The notes below the pieces were generated by a model, which ran no database searches, was not told the origin of the DNA, and was given only the letters and a program-made list of their open reading frames with translations. Position numbers and translations under genes: made by a program. A stretch of 62,984 nucleotides of DNA, counting the filler, from Octopus bimaculoides (taxonomy: Eukaryota), in NCBI RefSeq assembly GCF_001194135.2. It is 4 parts of 4 records of this genome, joined end to end, with 100 filler letters (N's around TTAATTAATTAA, not from the genome) between each part and the next. Parts side by side here need not be neighbours in the genome. Positions count along the whole stretch, not along the records: positions 1 to 17,790 come from NC_068988.1; 3 more parts are not named here. One strand, given 5' to 3'. Below, in pieces: positions 1 to 11,639 of the stretch. Each line of letters starts with the position of its first letter. Positions within the stretch are counted from its first letter, which is position 1.

Positions 1-112
1 GACAGACAGACAGACAGACAGACAGACACACAGACAGACACACAGACAGACACACAGACAGACACACAGACAGACACACAGACAGACACACAGACAGACA
101 CACAGACACACA
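1..112. repeat. GACA/CA compound microsatellite
   Basis: Direct: (GACA)n grading into (GACAGACACACA)n. Representative of dozens of (CA)n, (TA)n, (GA)n, (TAGA)n, (TACA)n and (TAA)n tracts across the window, many abutting N-gaps. Confidence 0.97.
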
Positions 113-1042
113 TTCTCATTTTTATATATATAGATTACGACAGGATTATATTTCAAACAATATTTCGATGAAGTGTAACTATATAAAGGAAGGCTGGAAG
201 ATGGAAAACTCTGACGTGCAACATTCTCAAGTCCACACAGTGACTTGGTTCATCCACCACTTCCATTCTCTCTTTTTTCTCTCTTTCTTTGTCTCACGCA
301 CGCACGCACAACCACATCTAGTAAATACACATGCATTGTTCATATATCTTGTTGATGGCGCTGTACAATCATATATATCTTCCGAAATATCCAAAGTCTT
401 TCATACATGATATCTATTCTGTAAAAATGCTCTCCAATACGCAACATATGACGTTTTCATGTTTCATTAGAAGTATTACATGAAAGATTCAGGTTATTAT
501 TTATACCTTATCAGTAAACTTGACAATAAATGTATCCAGTTCAAGATAACGCCTTATAAGGGACATGAAATAACGAAGCGATTGCTTTGCTATTTAAACC
601 ATGTTATTTTCATATGCGCTAAGATAATACTTCGTATTTTTGTTAGCTATTTTCCATGTCGATTAGTTATTATATATGATGTGTACAATACAGAAACTGC
701 TCTATAATTCCCCATTATGATGTCGTTACTGAATGTGCAACTCAGTAAATAGTCACATGGTTGCGTCATACTACATTAAGCGAGTGATTTCAATTACAGA
801 TTTGCAATACACGGCGGATTGTTTTAGAAAGAAATGATGAAGTAAATATGTAGCTCAATTTAATACCAGTATCTGGTCCTAGAATACTTTCAGTAGATTT
901 GCTACTAATTGCATGTCCTCGGAGCAAGCGTCGAGTCTGAGTATACCATTCTTCTTCACACCAGTGAAGTAGTCTCTAAAAATAATCAAATCTTTCTGAC
1001 CAAGAAAACAAAGTAAATAAAACAATTATGATACATATTGGA

Positions 1043-1200
1043 TTCAAATTTTGGCACAAAACCAGTAACTTCAGTGGGGTAGGTGAAAGCCGGTTACATC
1101 GACTCCAGTACTTAACTGATATTTATTTTATCGACCCCGAAAGGATAAGAGGCTGGATGGATCTCGGTGGTATTTGAACTAAGAACGTTAAGTCGGAAAA
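1043..1200 (-). mobile_element. tRNA-derived SINE family A, 5'-truncated
   Basis: Reverse complement aligns to the full copy at 62074-62285 (B-box GTTCAAATACC, GGGGTCGATAAAATAAATATCAG core, GTGCCAAAATTTGAA tail). Confidence 0.85.
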
Positions 1201-1584
1201 TGATACGTTTTGAAAATGCTTTATACTTAAAAGGTAAAATTATTCAAAATATTTATGATTTCTATCACAATCACCAAAACAAAAGTTCTAATTTCTAAAG
1301 AAGAATGCATGTATTCTACGTCAAGTTCCACCATTCAATAAAACGATATAATGAACAGACACCCACACCAACCGGGATATTATTCACCCTTGAGATACAG
1401 ACAAATGTATCCGGTATTACCACCAAATATTACAACTTTTAAGTATATTGAATATATTATCTATTCAGCTTGAATAAATATGCTTAGGAATGCGTTACCA
1501 TATATGTGTGTGCACGTATGCTGCATGTGTGTGTGTGTGTGTGTGTGTGCATATAAACATATGTATATATGTATGTGCTGATGT

Positions 1585-1617
<33 letters not shown>

Positions 1618-2956
1618 CATATATATATACATGTACACATATATACATATATATGTATATATGTGTGTGCATGCATTTATGTGTGTGTGTTTCACATGTG
1701 TGTGTGCTTGTGTGCGTGTGTATGAATGAAAACAGGTATGTAGGTGATTCACCGTTACAATGGATTGTGAAAAGCGGAAAGGGCATACAGCAGCAAGTTC
1801 TTTTAGCAGCAAGAGTAACGATGTGCGTGTGCTTATTAAAAATACGTCCCCCATACATTTCCGTTTTCTATAAACCCCCGTTGTACTTCTATTAATTTAT
1901 TCGTGCTGCCAACGCATGCGCTCTTATGCAAAATACGACAAACTAATTTAATCCTGTTGTAGTTTATGTATAGAGTATAAATAGTTATACGTTCCTAATC
2001 TCTATGCGATCAATTAATAGAATAGCCCCACCAATATCTTATCACACATAAATAAACACAGAAATAATTGATATTATTTTTCAAGGTGCAGGCAGAGATA
2101 AATATAGCTTAACTATTATATGTTCCGCAGAGGAAGTTTAAAATCTACTATTTACAAAATCACACGCTTGTAAATTCACCTTAAATTTCTTATTATCCTA
2201 ACGTGTGTGTGTGAGAAACGAGAGGGGAAAATATGTGTATAGCTGTGTATATGTGTACAGCTGTGTATATGTGTACAGCTGTGTATATGTGCTTGTATTT
2301 ATGTATACAAATTAGAATTACTTGTACAAATAGGATTTTCAGTGGAACTTCAGCTAGGATGTTGGAAAATACTCATAAGTAGAACAAGAAACTCTATAAG
2401 ACTCTAATTTAGATCGTCATTAATTCGAAGAGTGTTTCACAGTATTATCTTTTGCATTTGTTTGGTATCTCATGAAATTCCAGTATATTTCTCATCCTAG
2501 TCATAAGCAGTTTCAAACATTTCAATCTAAAAATGCACCGAGGCTCTCGCAAAGCTGTTAATCACTACCTACATAATGAAAACCTACGTTTCTGAATGAT
2601 TTCGTATAAGAATGTGATGTGCGTGTATTTGCGTGTGTTTGTTTATTTGTGTGTGTGTGTGTGTGTGTNNNNNNNNNNNNNNNNNNNNNNNNNNNNNNNN
2701 NNNNNNNNNNNNNNNNNNNNNNNNNNNNNNNNNNNNNNNNNNNNNNNNNNNNNNNNNNNNNNNNNNNNNNNNNNNNNNNNNNNNNNNNNNNNNNNNNNNN
2801 NNNNNNNNNNNNNNNNNNNNNNNNNNNNNNNNNNNNNNNNNNNNNNNNNNNNNNNNNNNNNNNNNNNNNNNNNNNNNNNNNNNNNNNNNNNNNNNNNNNN
2901 NNNNNNNNNNNNNNNNNNNNNNNNNNNNNNNNNNNNNNNNNNNNNNNNNNNNNNNN

Positions 2957-3021
<65 letters not shown>

Positions 3022-3952
3022 ATCTCTCTCTCACACATACATACACACATATTAACTCACTCTCGCTCTTTCCATTCGCTCAAACACTTACGCAGTCAGT
3101 CTCTTATATCTTAGATAATCTTTGTCTGCTGTTCGTTCGTTCTCTCTCTCTCTTTCTCTGTCTGTCTCTCTTTCTGTCTGTCTCTCTCCTCTCTCTTCTA
3201 CACATATTATCTCTCTATCTCACACTGTCACTCTTTCTGTCTCTCACTTTTATGACATTTAGAAAAAATTTCAATGAGATTTGAATTTATTGTCCAATAA
3301 AAATGCATTTCAAAATATAATAGTTAAAATCATCATTAACATTATCATCATTAACAGTAGCAGCATCAACATTGACAACATTTTTGTAAGACAGCACGAT
3401 ATCTTGGCTAAATCAAACACACTGTTTTCCAATTCGATACACTGTTACATCTCTCACCATTCCCCCAAGCCGAACATTAATATCTTTCTTACACTCATCT
3501 AGATAACCTGATGACTTGTCTCTTCCTATCACTCCTTACCTCTCCATTTCTGCACTCATTATTGTTATGGACGAAATTTCTGTACATAATACCGCCAAAA
3601 TTTCGCTTGTGGCATAAATTCCGCTTCGTTTATCAGTTAAAAACAAGTTTGTATGTTGTGATATTCCATTTCTCCTTCACAATAATAGTAGACAGTGTTT
3701 TGAAATTTCACCCAACAAATTCATATTTTATATTCCATTCTATTTTTCTTTTTATTTTTGGTTCTATTTAATTCTAAACGTAAATCCTTTATCTCCTAAG
3801 TTACTGATATATCAGAAGTGTCAGAGATAACCACCGAGGGGTTTTGAGTACCAGAAAACATAATTTGAAGCATCATCTTCATACTACGAGAAGAGGCAGC
3901 AGAAACGTTTGCCAACATTTCAATTTTCGTAAAATGTTTTTTCTTTTAACAG

Positions 3953-4010
3953 TCATGTGGTTCGTTGTGACCATCAGGGCATTTAAACAGCTAGACGGAA
4001 TTTGAAATCA
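3953..4010 (+). other. Candidate non-coding/5'UTR exon
   Basis: Polypyrimidine acceptor TTTTTTCTTTTAACAG and GTAAGT donor at 4011; stops in all three frames. Confidence 0.2.
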
Positions 4011-4241
4011 GTAAGTAAAGAGTCGAAACATATATCGTAGGTCATCTCGTCCGACGCTCTGCCAGTCCTGCCAGTCCACTACTGGATTTGATCTCGACAA
4101 GATTCAAAGAGAAAGCAGAGCCGAAACAAATAACTCAAAGTATTTTATTTTATTCGATATTCTGACGACTGTACTAATTCATAATCTGCCTTCTTGAGGA
4201 TTAAGGGGAGCGATTTTTCCTCTCCTTGTGTTGCAGTGACA

Positions 4242-4490
4242 ATGAGGAATCTGGTTGAAGGATTTACTCGTTTACTTAATGTGCATAACATCCTCATTGT
4301 AACATCTCAGCTGTCTCATCTGAGTAACTATTCATCGGTAGAAGCAAATCCGAAATTAAGAATGTGGAAAAAAAAAAGTTCTTTTTCGTTTGCTTTTGAA
4401 GTGCTTGATGATAGTCTCGATATATTGGAAAAGGGCATTATTGCTAAATTAGGATACATTTTGACAACGATGGCAGCCACAGTACCATAA
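4242..4490 (+). CDS. Candidate 82-aa ORF (MRNLVEGFTRLL...TMAATVP), product unknown
   Basis: Open frame directly after the acceptor TTTTTCCTCTCCTTGTGTTGCAG (ends 4236); non-repetitive composition; no recognised homology. Confidence 0.2.
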   Translation: MRNLVEGFTRLLNVHNILIVTSQLSHLSNYSSVEANPKLRMWKKKSSFSFAFEVLDDSLDILEKGIIAKLGYILTTMAATVP

Positions 4491-6635
4491 TTATCATATG
4501 CGGAGGTTATTGTATTAAAAACAGAAAAAAACACGAACATTGTTATTCAATAGCAAAGCACGACTAAAAAAGTAATGAGATTTAACGAAAGATAGATAAA
4601 CAAACACAATTATCGATGATCTTAAGATTGAATCAATATAGTTTAGCAACAGTGATGAGCTTGACTCAAATTTCAACCAAAGACAACCTAAAATTTACTC
4701 TTATTTAATTCTTCCCTTGGTCACGACTACCTAACATTGTTTTTCCATATTTTTTCCTTCATATGTATCTTCCAGTGTCACTGCATTTGTTTATTCCAGT
4801 ATAAGTATTTCATTTATCTTATATGTCCATAGCAATTAAGTCATCGCACCTGCGACTTACGGTAAATTAATGCAATATTCAGATTCTCCTCAGTTGAATT
4901 TGTACTCGATCATTCAACGGAGTGCTATTTATACAACACATTGATCCATACTCTACTCCTCTGAAATTTATTATTGAATAATGAAGAATAACTGCTTTGA
5001 GTATCACGCTGTAAATACATAGTTTATATAGAGTGGGAAATTGATCCTCGTGGTGTGATTAGATTAAATCTATTTTTGAAATATATTTCAATTGTTTACT
5101 TAATTTTTATGTGTTTTGTTTAATGATACATAGGGATTACAGTTAAAACGTGGGTGCATGGAGCACAATAAAACAGCTTAATTAAATATATATCATATAC
5201 ACAAAACAGTAATTTTTTACATTACAAATGTTGTACATGTATTGATGCAAGTATATTTGCAGTTTACTAAGTCTAAAATAATACTCTGTCACATGCTCTG
5301 AAATAGCTCTGTTCAATATTGCATTGTAAACCTTAATAAAATTGCACTAATCTAAGAAATGCATTCTAAATATTTTAAAATTCATTTTAATGTATACGAA
5401 TACACAAAATGCAACAAAATTGTTGAGATTCCATTTCATATAAATCATAGCAACATCGTAAAATTGTGTTGCTATTATGTTACATCATATCTAGTTACTA
5501 ATACTTACATAGCTTAAAGATATCTGCATGATAATTTCTTTCATTGCATTAGTAATCATATGAAACAAATTGTTTATTACTCACTGTGTAATGTATATAC
5601 AAAAAATACAGAACATTTTAAAAAATTTTCTTATCCTCACTCAGGTACATTTTCACGTATGTTTCTGTTTACCTTACTTTGTGTGCGTGTATCTGTGTGT
5701 GTGAGTGCGTGTGTGTGCTTGTGCATATGTGTGTGTGTATGCATATGTGTGTGTTTGTGCATATGTGTGTGTATATATATGTATGTTTATGCATGTGTAG
5801 GTGACATACTTAAATATATATTCACTTCTCAAAGATCTATGTTTCATATATATATATATCCTAAACTTCAGCTTCAAATAATGCTTTTACCTTTTAATAT
5901 CTTTAGATTTTTTAATTTTTCAATTCTGTGCAAACTGAAGTCCTATCACTTGAACCCAGCTCCAGAAAAACGTTACCTGTAATTCATCTTCCCGGAAATG
6001 TTTTTGAATTTCAACATAGATAATTGCTTAGATCCGAGCAAGAAGGTGAATTCAATGACAAAATATAAATTCTAAGGCAATGAATAATACAACGCCGTAC
6101 TAAAGATGATGACAATAAGAGAAGAGAACTATTTCTATGATGAGATAAAATTAAGTACAAAATTAAAATCATGTATCTGGATCTTACTGCAGTTTTTTTT
6201 CCTTCCGTGAGCAGCTTACATCACTCTGATGTTTCAGATTTGTTTGTCTTGGATAAATATTGGTTTCAAAATATTAGAAGACGGACATATCTAGCCTAAG
6301 TATTGTTTAGTTCACCCCGTATTTCTCTGTTAGGTGAGCAATGGTAAGAAGAGAATCAAGTGTAATTTTAAAAATAATGTTGCAAAGAAGAAATAAACTC
6401 TAACCAAATAAACAGTGTACATTGGCTGGATGTAAAAGAGCATGTGTGCTATTTGTTAGGACTAAATATTCTATCAATAAAGGCATTTTTACGATCTTCT
6501 TTATATTACATTCAATATTGTATCAATATCGAGTAAAAGTTTTAGTTAGTGACAATAATAATTATTAGTATTATAACAAGAAAAGGTGTATAAAAACAAC
6601 AACAATAATGATGATGATGATGATGATGATGATAA

Positions 6636-7164
6636 ATGAGACAGCTGACCACATCATGCCGGGCTTCCTAGTCCTTGCCAAGTCTGAATGTGTATACAGA
6701 CACGACAAATTAAGCAATATGCCATCATTACAACATCAAAACTTACAGCAGGTGGTATTAGTATGAACCAGTAAAGGTATAAAACAACAATCAGACCACA
6801 ATCATCTAGGATATGCCGGTTCAAACCGACAAAGAAATAGAAGTTAATCGCCCAGACATAGTAGTCAAGGATTGGGGGAAAATACCTGCTTACTGATAAA
6901 TATTGCAGTTCCTTCTGACCAGAATATTTTCAAAATGAAGTGGATAAATTGTCGAAGTACAAAGATCTCGAAATTGAAGTACCAATAATAATTGGAGCAT
7001 TGGGCATGAAAAAAATCATATCATCAAGAATGTAGAAGTTATACCTGGATGCTCAAACACAACACAGTGTCAAAAAATAGCCCTGCTAGGAGCATCCTAC
7101 CCGCTACGCAAGACACAATTTCTTTAATCAACAACTTCACAGTATTGTATACTGTGCGACGTCC
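6636..7164 (+). mobile_element. R4/Dong-like non-LTR retrotransposon 3' fragment (decayed zinc knuckle + RLE endonuclease)
   Basis: Translates with frameshifts to ETADHIM..., DMPVQTDKEIEVNRPDIVVKD, KLSKYKDLEIE, VPIIIGALG; bounded by (GAT)n and (TAA)n tracts. Confidence 0.85.
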
Positions 7165-7188
7165 ATAATAATAATAATAATAATAATA

Positions 7189-7471
7189 AAATCCCAGCAA
7201 TGGCTGAGAAGCTCAGGACTCAAAGCAGAGACTGAAGGATTTTTAATTGCTGCACAAGACCAAAGCCTCCCCACCAGAAATTACCAAAAACACATAATAA
7301 AAAGAAATATAACAAGTAACTGTAGAATATGTGGAGATCGACAAGAAACAATAAATCATATTATCTCTGGCTGCCCAGTCCTGGCTAAGAAAGAATATAT
7401 TCACAGACACGACAGAGCTGGGACCTATATACACTGGAAGCTATGCCAACATTATGGAATAGCAACAGAAA
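7189..7471 (+). mobile_element. R4/Dong-like retrotransposon fragment, CCHC zinc-knuckle region, uninterrupted
   Basis: Open frame KSQQWLRSSGLKAETEGFLIAAQDQSLPTRNY...CRICGDRQETINHIISGCPVLAKKEYIHRHDRAGTYIHWKLC; starts at the end of (TAA)n and runs into a gap. Confidence 0.92.
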
Positions 7472-8243
7472 NNNNNNNNNNNNNNNNNNNNNNNNNNNNN
7501 NNNNNNNNNNNNNNNNNNNNNNNNNNNNNNNNNNNNNNNNNNNNNNNNNNNNNNNNNNNNNNNNNNNNNNNNNNNNNNNNNNNNNNNNNNNNNNNNNNNN
7601 NNNNNNNNNNNNNNNNNNNNNNNNNNNNNNNNNNNNNNNNNNNNNNNNNNNNNNNNNNNNNNNNNNNNNNNNNNNNNNNNNNNNNNNNNNNNNNNNNNNN
7701 NNNNNNNNNNNNNNNNNNNNNNNNNNNNNNNNNNNNNNNNNNNNNNNNNNNNNNNNNNNNNNNNNNNNNNNNNNNNNNNNNNNNNNNNNNNNNNNNNNNN
7801 NNNNNNNNNNNNNNNNNNNNNNNNNNNNNNNNNNNNNNNNNNNNNNNNNNNNNNNNNNNNNNNNNNNNNNNNNNNNNNNNNNNNNNNNNNNNNNNNNNNN
7901 NNNNNNNNNNNNNNNNNNNNNNNNNNNNNNNNNNNNNNNNNNNNNNNNNNNNNNNNNNNNNNNNNNNNNNNNNNNNNNNNNNNNNNNNNNNNNNNNNNNN
8001 NNNNNNNNNNNNNNNNNNNNNNNNNNNNNNNNNNNNNNNNNNNNNNNNNNNNNNNNNNNNNNNNNNNNNNNNNNNNNNNNNNNNNNNNNNNNNNNNNNNN
8101 NNNNNNNNNNNNNNNNNNNNNNNNNNNNNNNNNNNNNNNNNNNNNNNNNNNNNNNNNNNNNNNNNNNNNNNNNNNNNNNNNNNNNNNNNNNNNNNNNNNN
8201 NNNNNNNNNNNNNNNNNNNNNNATATATATATATATATATACA

Positions 8244-9119
8244 CAGGGCGCGATGGGTAAATTGTTGCCATTTTGTATTTTTAATTTCGCGCATGCGCAT
8301 TATCTTTGATTTTATCGGCTACACAGTATAGTAGGGTCAGTTGGACATCGCTGTGAGAAAACACCACCATCATGCAATTCGCTCTGCCAGAAATTTGGAT
8401 ACGACATCCTGAACTGTTTGTAAGTTCCAATACGAACATTTGAGAGTGTTTGAGTGCCAATCTGAGGACAGTGCAATCTGGGGGACATGTACGGAGAGTG
8501 ATAAAAATCAAACCTCCAGTCAACATCATGGTGTTTGGAGTGATCACTGGTGATGACGACGTTATTCCTTCATTCGCATTCCCACACGGCATCAGACTCA
8601 ATAGGGTGGCCTGCATCAAATGTCTGGCGGAAGTTGTGCTGCCATAGGTCAAGAGGGTGGCTGATGGAACACCCTATGTCTGGCAACAGGACTCTGTACC
8701 GTGCCACACAAGCAGGAGAACCCAGTCATGGCTGTCAGTCAATTTCTATGACCACATCACCCCTAACGTCTGGCCACCTAAGCCCCAAGACTGCAACAGC
8801 TTGACTATCATGTGTGGGGTGCATTTGAGCGAGAGTCCAACAAATCTCCTGTAACACCAAAGATGAACTGAAGGCATTGATTATTGCAGCATTCACAAAC
8901 TTAAACAAGGAGACCGTTAAGAAGAGTTGCAGGAGACTCCGAAGTCGTCTGGAGACCGTGGTTGAAGCCAATGGTAATTTTATTGAACAAATTTACTCTT
9001 TAGTATTTCATGGTATTTTTATGTAATTTTGGTATATATATATATATTTGTTAAAATGAGATATCAGTGTTATTGTTATTTTTGCGTAATTTAGACGAAA
9101 ATGTATCCACCGCACCCTG
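8244..9119 (+). mobile_element. Internally deleted Tc1/mariner element, DD37D (maT) type
   Basis: Imperfect TIRs CAGGGCGCGATGGGTAAATT versus (reverse complement) CAGGGTGCGGTGGATACATT, right end followed by TA. Transposase remnants IMVFGVIT, YVWQQDSVPCHTSRRTQSWL, WPPKPQDCN; about 37 residues between the second and third catalytic D after correcting a 1-nt deletion. Confidence 0.88.
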
Positions 9120-9142
9120 TATATATGGATGATTGACCTTGA

Positions 9143-9212
<70 letters not shown>

Positions 9213-9289
9213 ATTGAATACTTTTTCAGACAGTAAATATATTAGCCGGGATATTGGTATGCATTTTCTGATGAATATTTTGCAGCTTT

Positions 9290-10400
9290 AATTATGAAAA
9301 CATGTCGAAATACTGAATCTGGTTTTAAAGATAAGAAAAGAAAAATTCTTTGAATCTCTAAAAGATAAAAGAACGTAGGGATGCTGCATGATGATAAAAA
9401 TAATGGATGAAGGCAATAAAAAGGAAATTCATTAAACGGCGCACGAGAACGTTGAGAAAGATACTCGAAGTAAAGTAACTAAAAATAATATGAAGGTAAT
9501 AATTACGTGAGCCATGTCTCTGTTTGACAAAGACTGTTCTTCAAGTGGACAAAGACAGAATGACATAAATTGGATTGAAGACCTTGGAAGTTGCTTACAG
9601 TGCATAACACACATCTACTTCAATATCAACTGGCTACATTAACTGACAAGCAGAAAACGCCATATCTGCTGCGATGTCGTGTTTGAAAAATTATGATTGC
9701 GAGAAAAGATTATTATTTGCAACTAGAAATATCAAAGAAGCCACTGAAACAGAGAAAGATTGCAATAATAGAAAGGAAAACAGCAGGATAAATAACTGTT
9801 ATGAGACAGGACTTTATGGTCATTTTTATACAGCGAGTCGAGCATACTGGAAGAGAAAACGGATGTTGAAGTTAAGAAATGGTAACCTAAAGCGAAGCCT
9901 GAATCACCAATTATAGCTGCCCCAAATCAAGTCATTAAAACAATTTTCATAAAGATTGATAAAACAGCCAGGAACCAGGTATAGAAAACTGAAAAATAGT
10001 ATTAACCATCTTCTCAGAGATTTCTGTAAATCAGTGGGAAAAGAGTATAAATGTCGATGATAGAATGCACTGCGTTGTTAATCATGTTTGTCGAAATGAA
10101 ATGATAGACAAATTATATAAACAGGAGCCAGATGCTATGAACGAACACGCGGAATACGAAGGACACAGGAATGAAAGTCGTTCTTGTGGTAATTGGTACA
10201 ATAACCAAATAGCTATCAAAATGGTTGAATAATACTGAAAGTTAGATAAATATTGTCAACTTGCAGAAAAGTGCCCTCCTGTACACTACTAGAATCCCGA
10301 GACGGATTCTTGGAATTTGAGAAGACATATTGTCATTCATCCTCAAGATAACATCTCTGCAAATGAAATTGTCGTGAAAATGAAGTATGACTACACCTCA
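9290..10400 (+). mobile_element. Heavily decayed R4/Dong-like retrotransposon (RT C-terminus to RLE)
   Basis: Remnant motifs LGMLHDDK, EFIKR..ILEVKL, AAPNQVIKT, VVLVVIGT, QKSALLYTTRI with many stops; boundaries approximate. Confidence 0.7.
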
Positions 10401-10419
10401 GAGTAATGGAAGGGAAGAC

Positions 10420-11231
10420 TAGACAAATACCTGGAGATAGCTAATGAAAAGTGATCTGAAAGGATGCACTGAGGTACTAATATGCAGCGCCCAGGAACAA
10501 ACTCTGAGAAGTAATTGCACCAAATTCAAAATAAATAGAAACAATAACTTTTCCCTCTGAAAAATGTATAGCAGTAAAATCGAAACAATCTCACATATTG
10601 TTTCGCTTTTGAGTATACCAAACTGGCCCAAAAGGAATAGAAGTGGAAGCATGATAACTTAGCTATGTTTTTTCACTGGAGATTGTATGAGAAGTACGGT
10701 TGTGAAAGAACAGAAATGGTGCAAGCATAAACCAGAAGGCGTTACTAAGAATAACTAGTATAAGATATATGTAACTTTACAATCCAAAGTAATTCAGTGA
10801 GTGATGCTTGGAGACCAGATATAGAAGATAAAAGGAATAAGAAAACCAAGATAATAGATATTGCCATACCTCAGGATGCACGAATGGGTGACAAAGTGCT
10901 GGAAAAGATTAAAATGTACAAGGTACTAAAAGATGAAATCGCATGAATGTGGGCAATGAAGAGAGTATCTGTTGACCCAGCACTGATAGGGGCAAAGGGA
11001 ACATTACGGACCAGGCTTGAGAAATTTGTTGGAGAAATTGGAATTGACATTAGGACAGAACATGCTAAGAAAACTTTATCGGGGATAACGAGGATTCTAA
11101 GGTTGGTACTTGGATGTTAAGTATCGTGAAAGAGAGATTCTGTGATACCTTTGACAGCCGAGTATTATCCGCTTTCACAGAAACAGCCGTAACGACTGGA
11201 ATCAACAGCTCCGAGGAGTTAAATAATATTA
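10420..11231 (+). mobile_element. Decayed R4/Dong-like 3' half with 3'UTR ending in (TAA)n
   Basis: SDLKGCTEVLICSAQEQTLRSN, ETISHIVS, HDNLA, RPDI, IIDIAIP, LEKFVGEIGIDIR...RILRLVLGC*; ends at the AAT tract. Confidence 0.82.
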
Positions 11232-11259
11232 AATAATAATAATAATAATAATAATAATA

Positions 11260-11314
<55 letters not shown>
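11232..11314. repeat. Head-to-head (AAT)n/(ATT)n palindromic microsatellite
   Basis: Direct: AAT repeats 11232-11260 switch abruptly to TTA repeats 11261-11314. Confidence 0.95.
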
Positions 11315-11316
<2 letters not shown>

Positions 11317-11327
11317 TCCTGGTATCT

Positions 11328-11615
11328 AGCTCAGATACCAGGAAACCCCAAAATGGCTGAAGTTCAAAAGATAGTGCTCATGGGAACTGCCCATATCCTA
11401 CGTAAAATATTGTCTATGTGATCTCAAATTTTAAAACAAACACATAATTTTCTTATAGTTTCTTAAACATTCTCTAGAACAACACTATGTACAAATCTAA
11501 ATATATGGTACCCTAGGCATAACACCTACATGAACTTCTAACTTGCTGTCTCTTGATGTCTCTAGGTGAGACTTGGATCCAACTTGTACAAATGCAAAGC
11601 AAAAGTCAAACATAA
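11328..11615 (+). mobile_element. 5'-truncated R4/Dong-like 3' end
   Basis: LAQIPGNPKMAEVQKIVLMGTAHILRKILSM* followed by a 3'UTR and (TAA)n. Confidence 0.88.
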
Positions 11616-11639
11616 AATAATAATAATAATAATAATAAT

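Noticed and set aside
4020-4175. GAAAC-ATAT and CTGACGA as a type II hammerhead
   Set aside because: Stems I and II do not pair.
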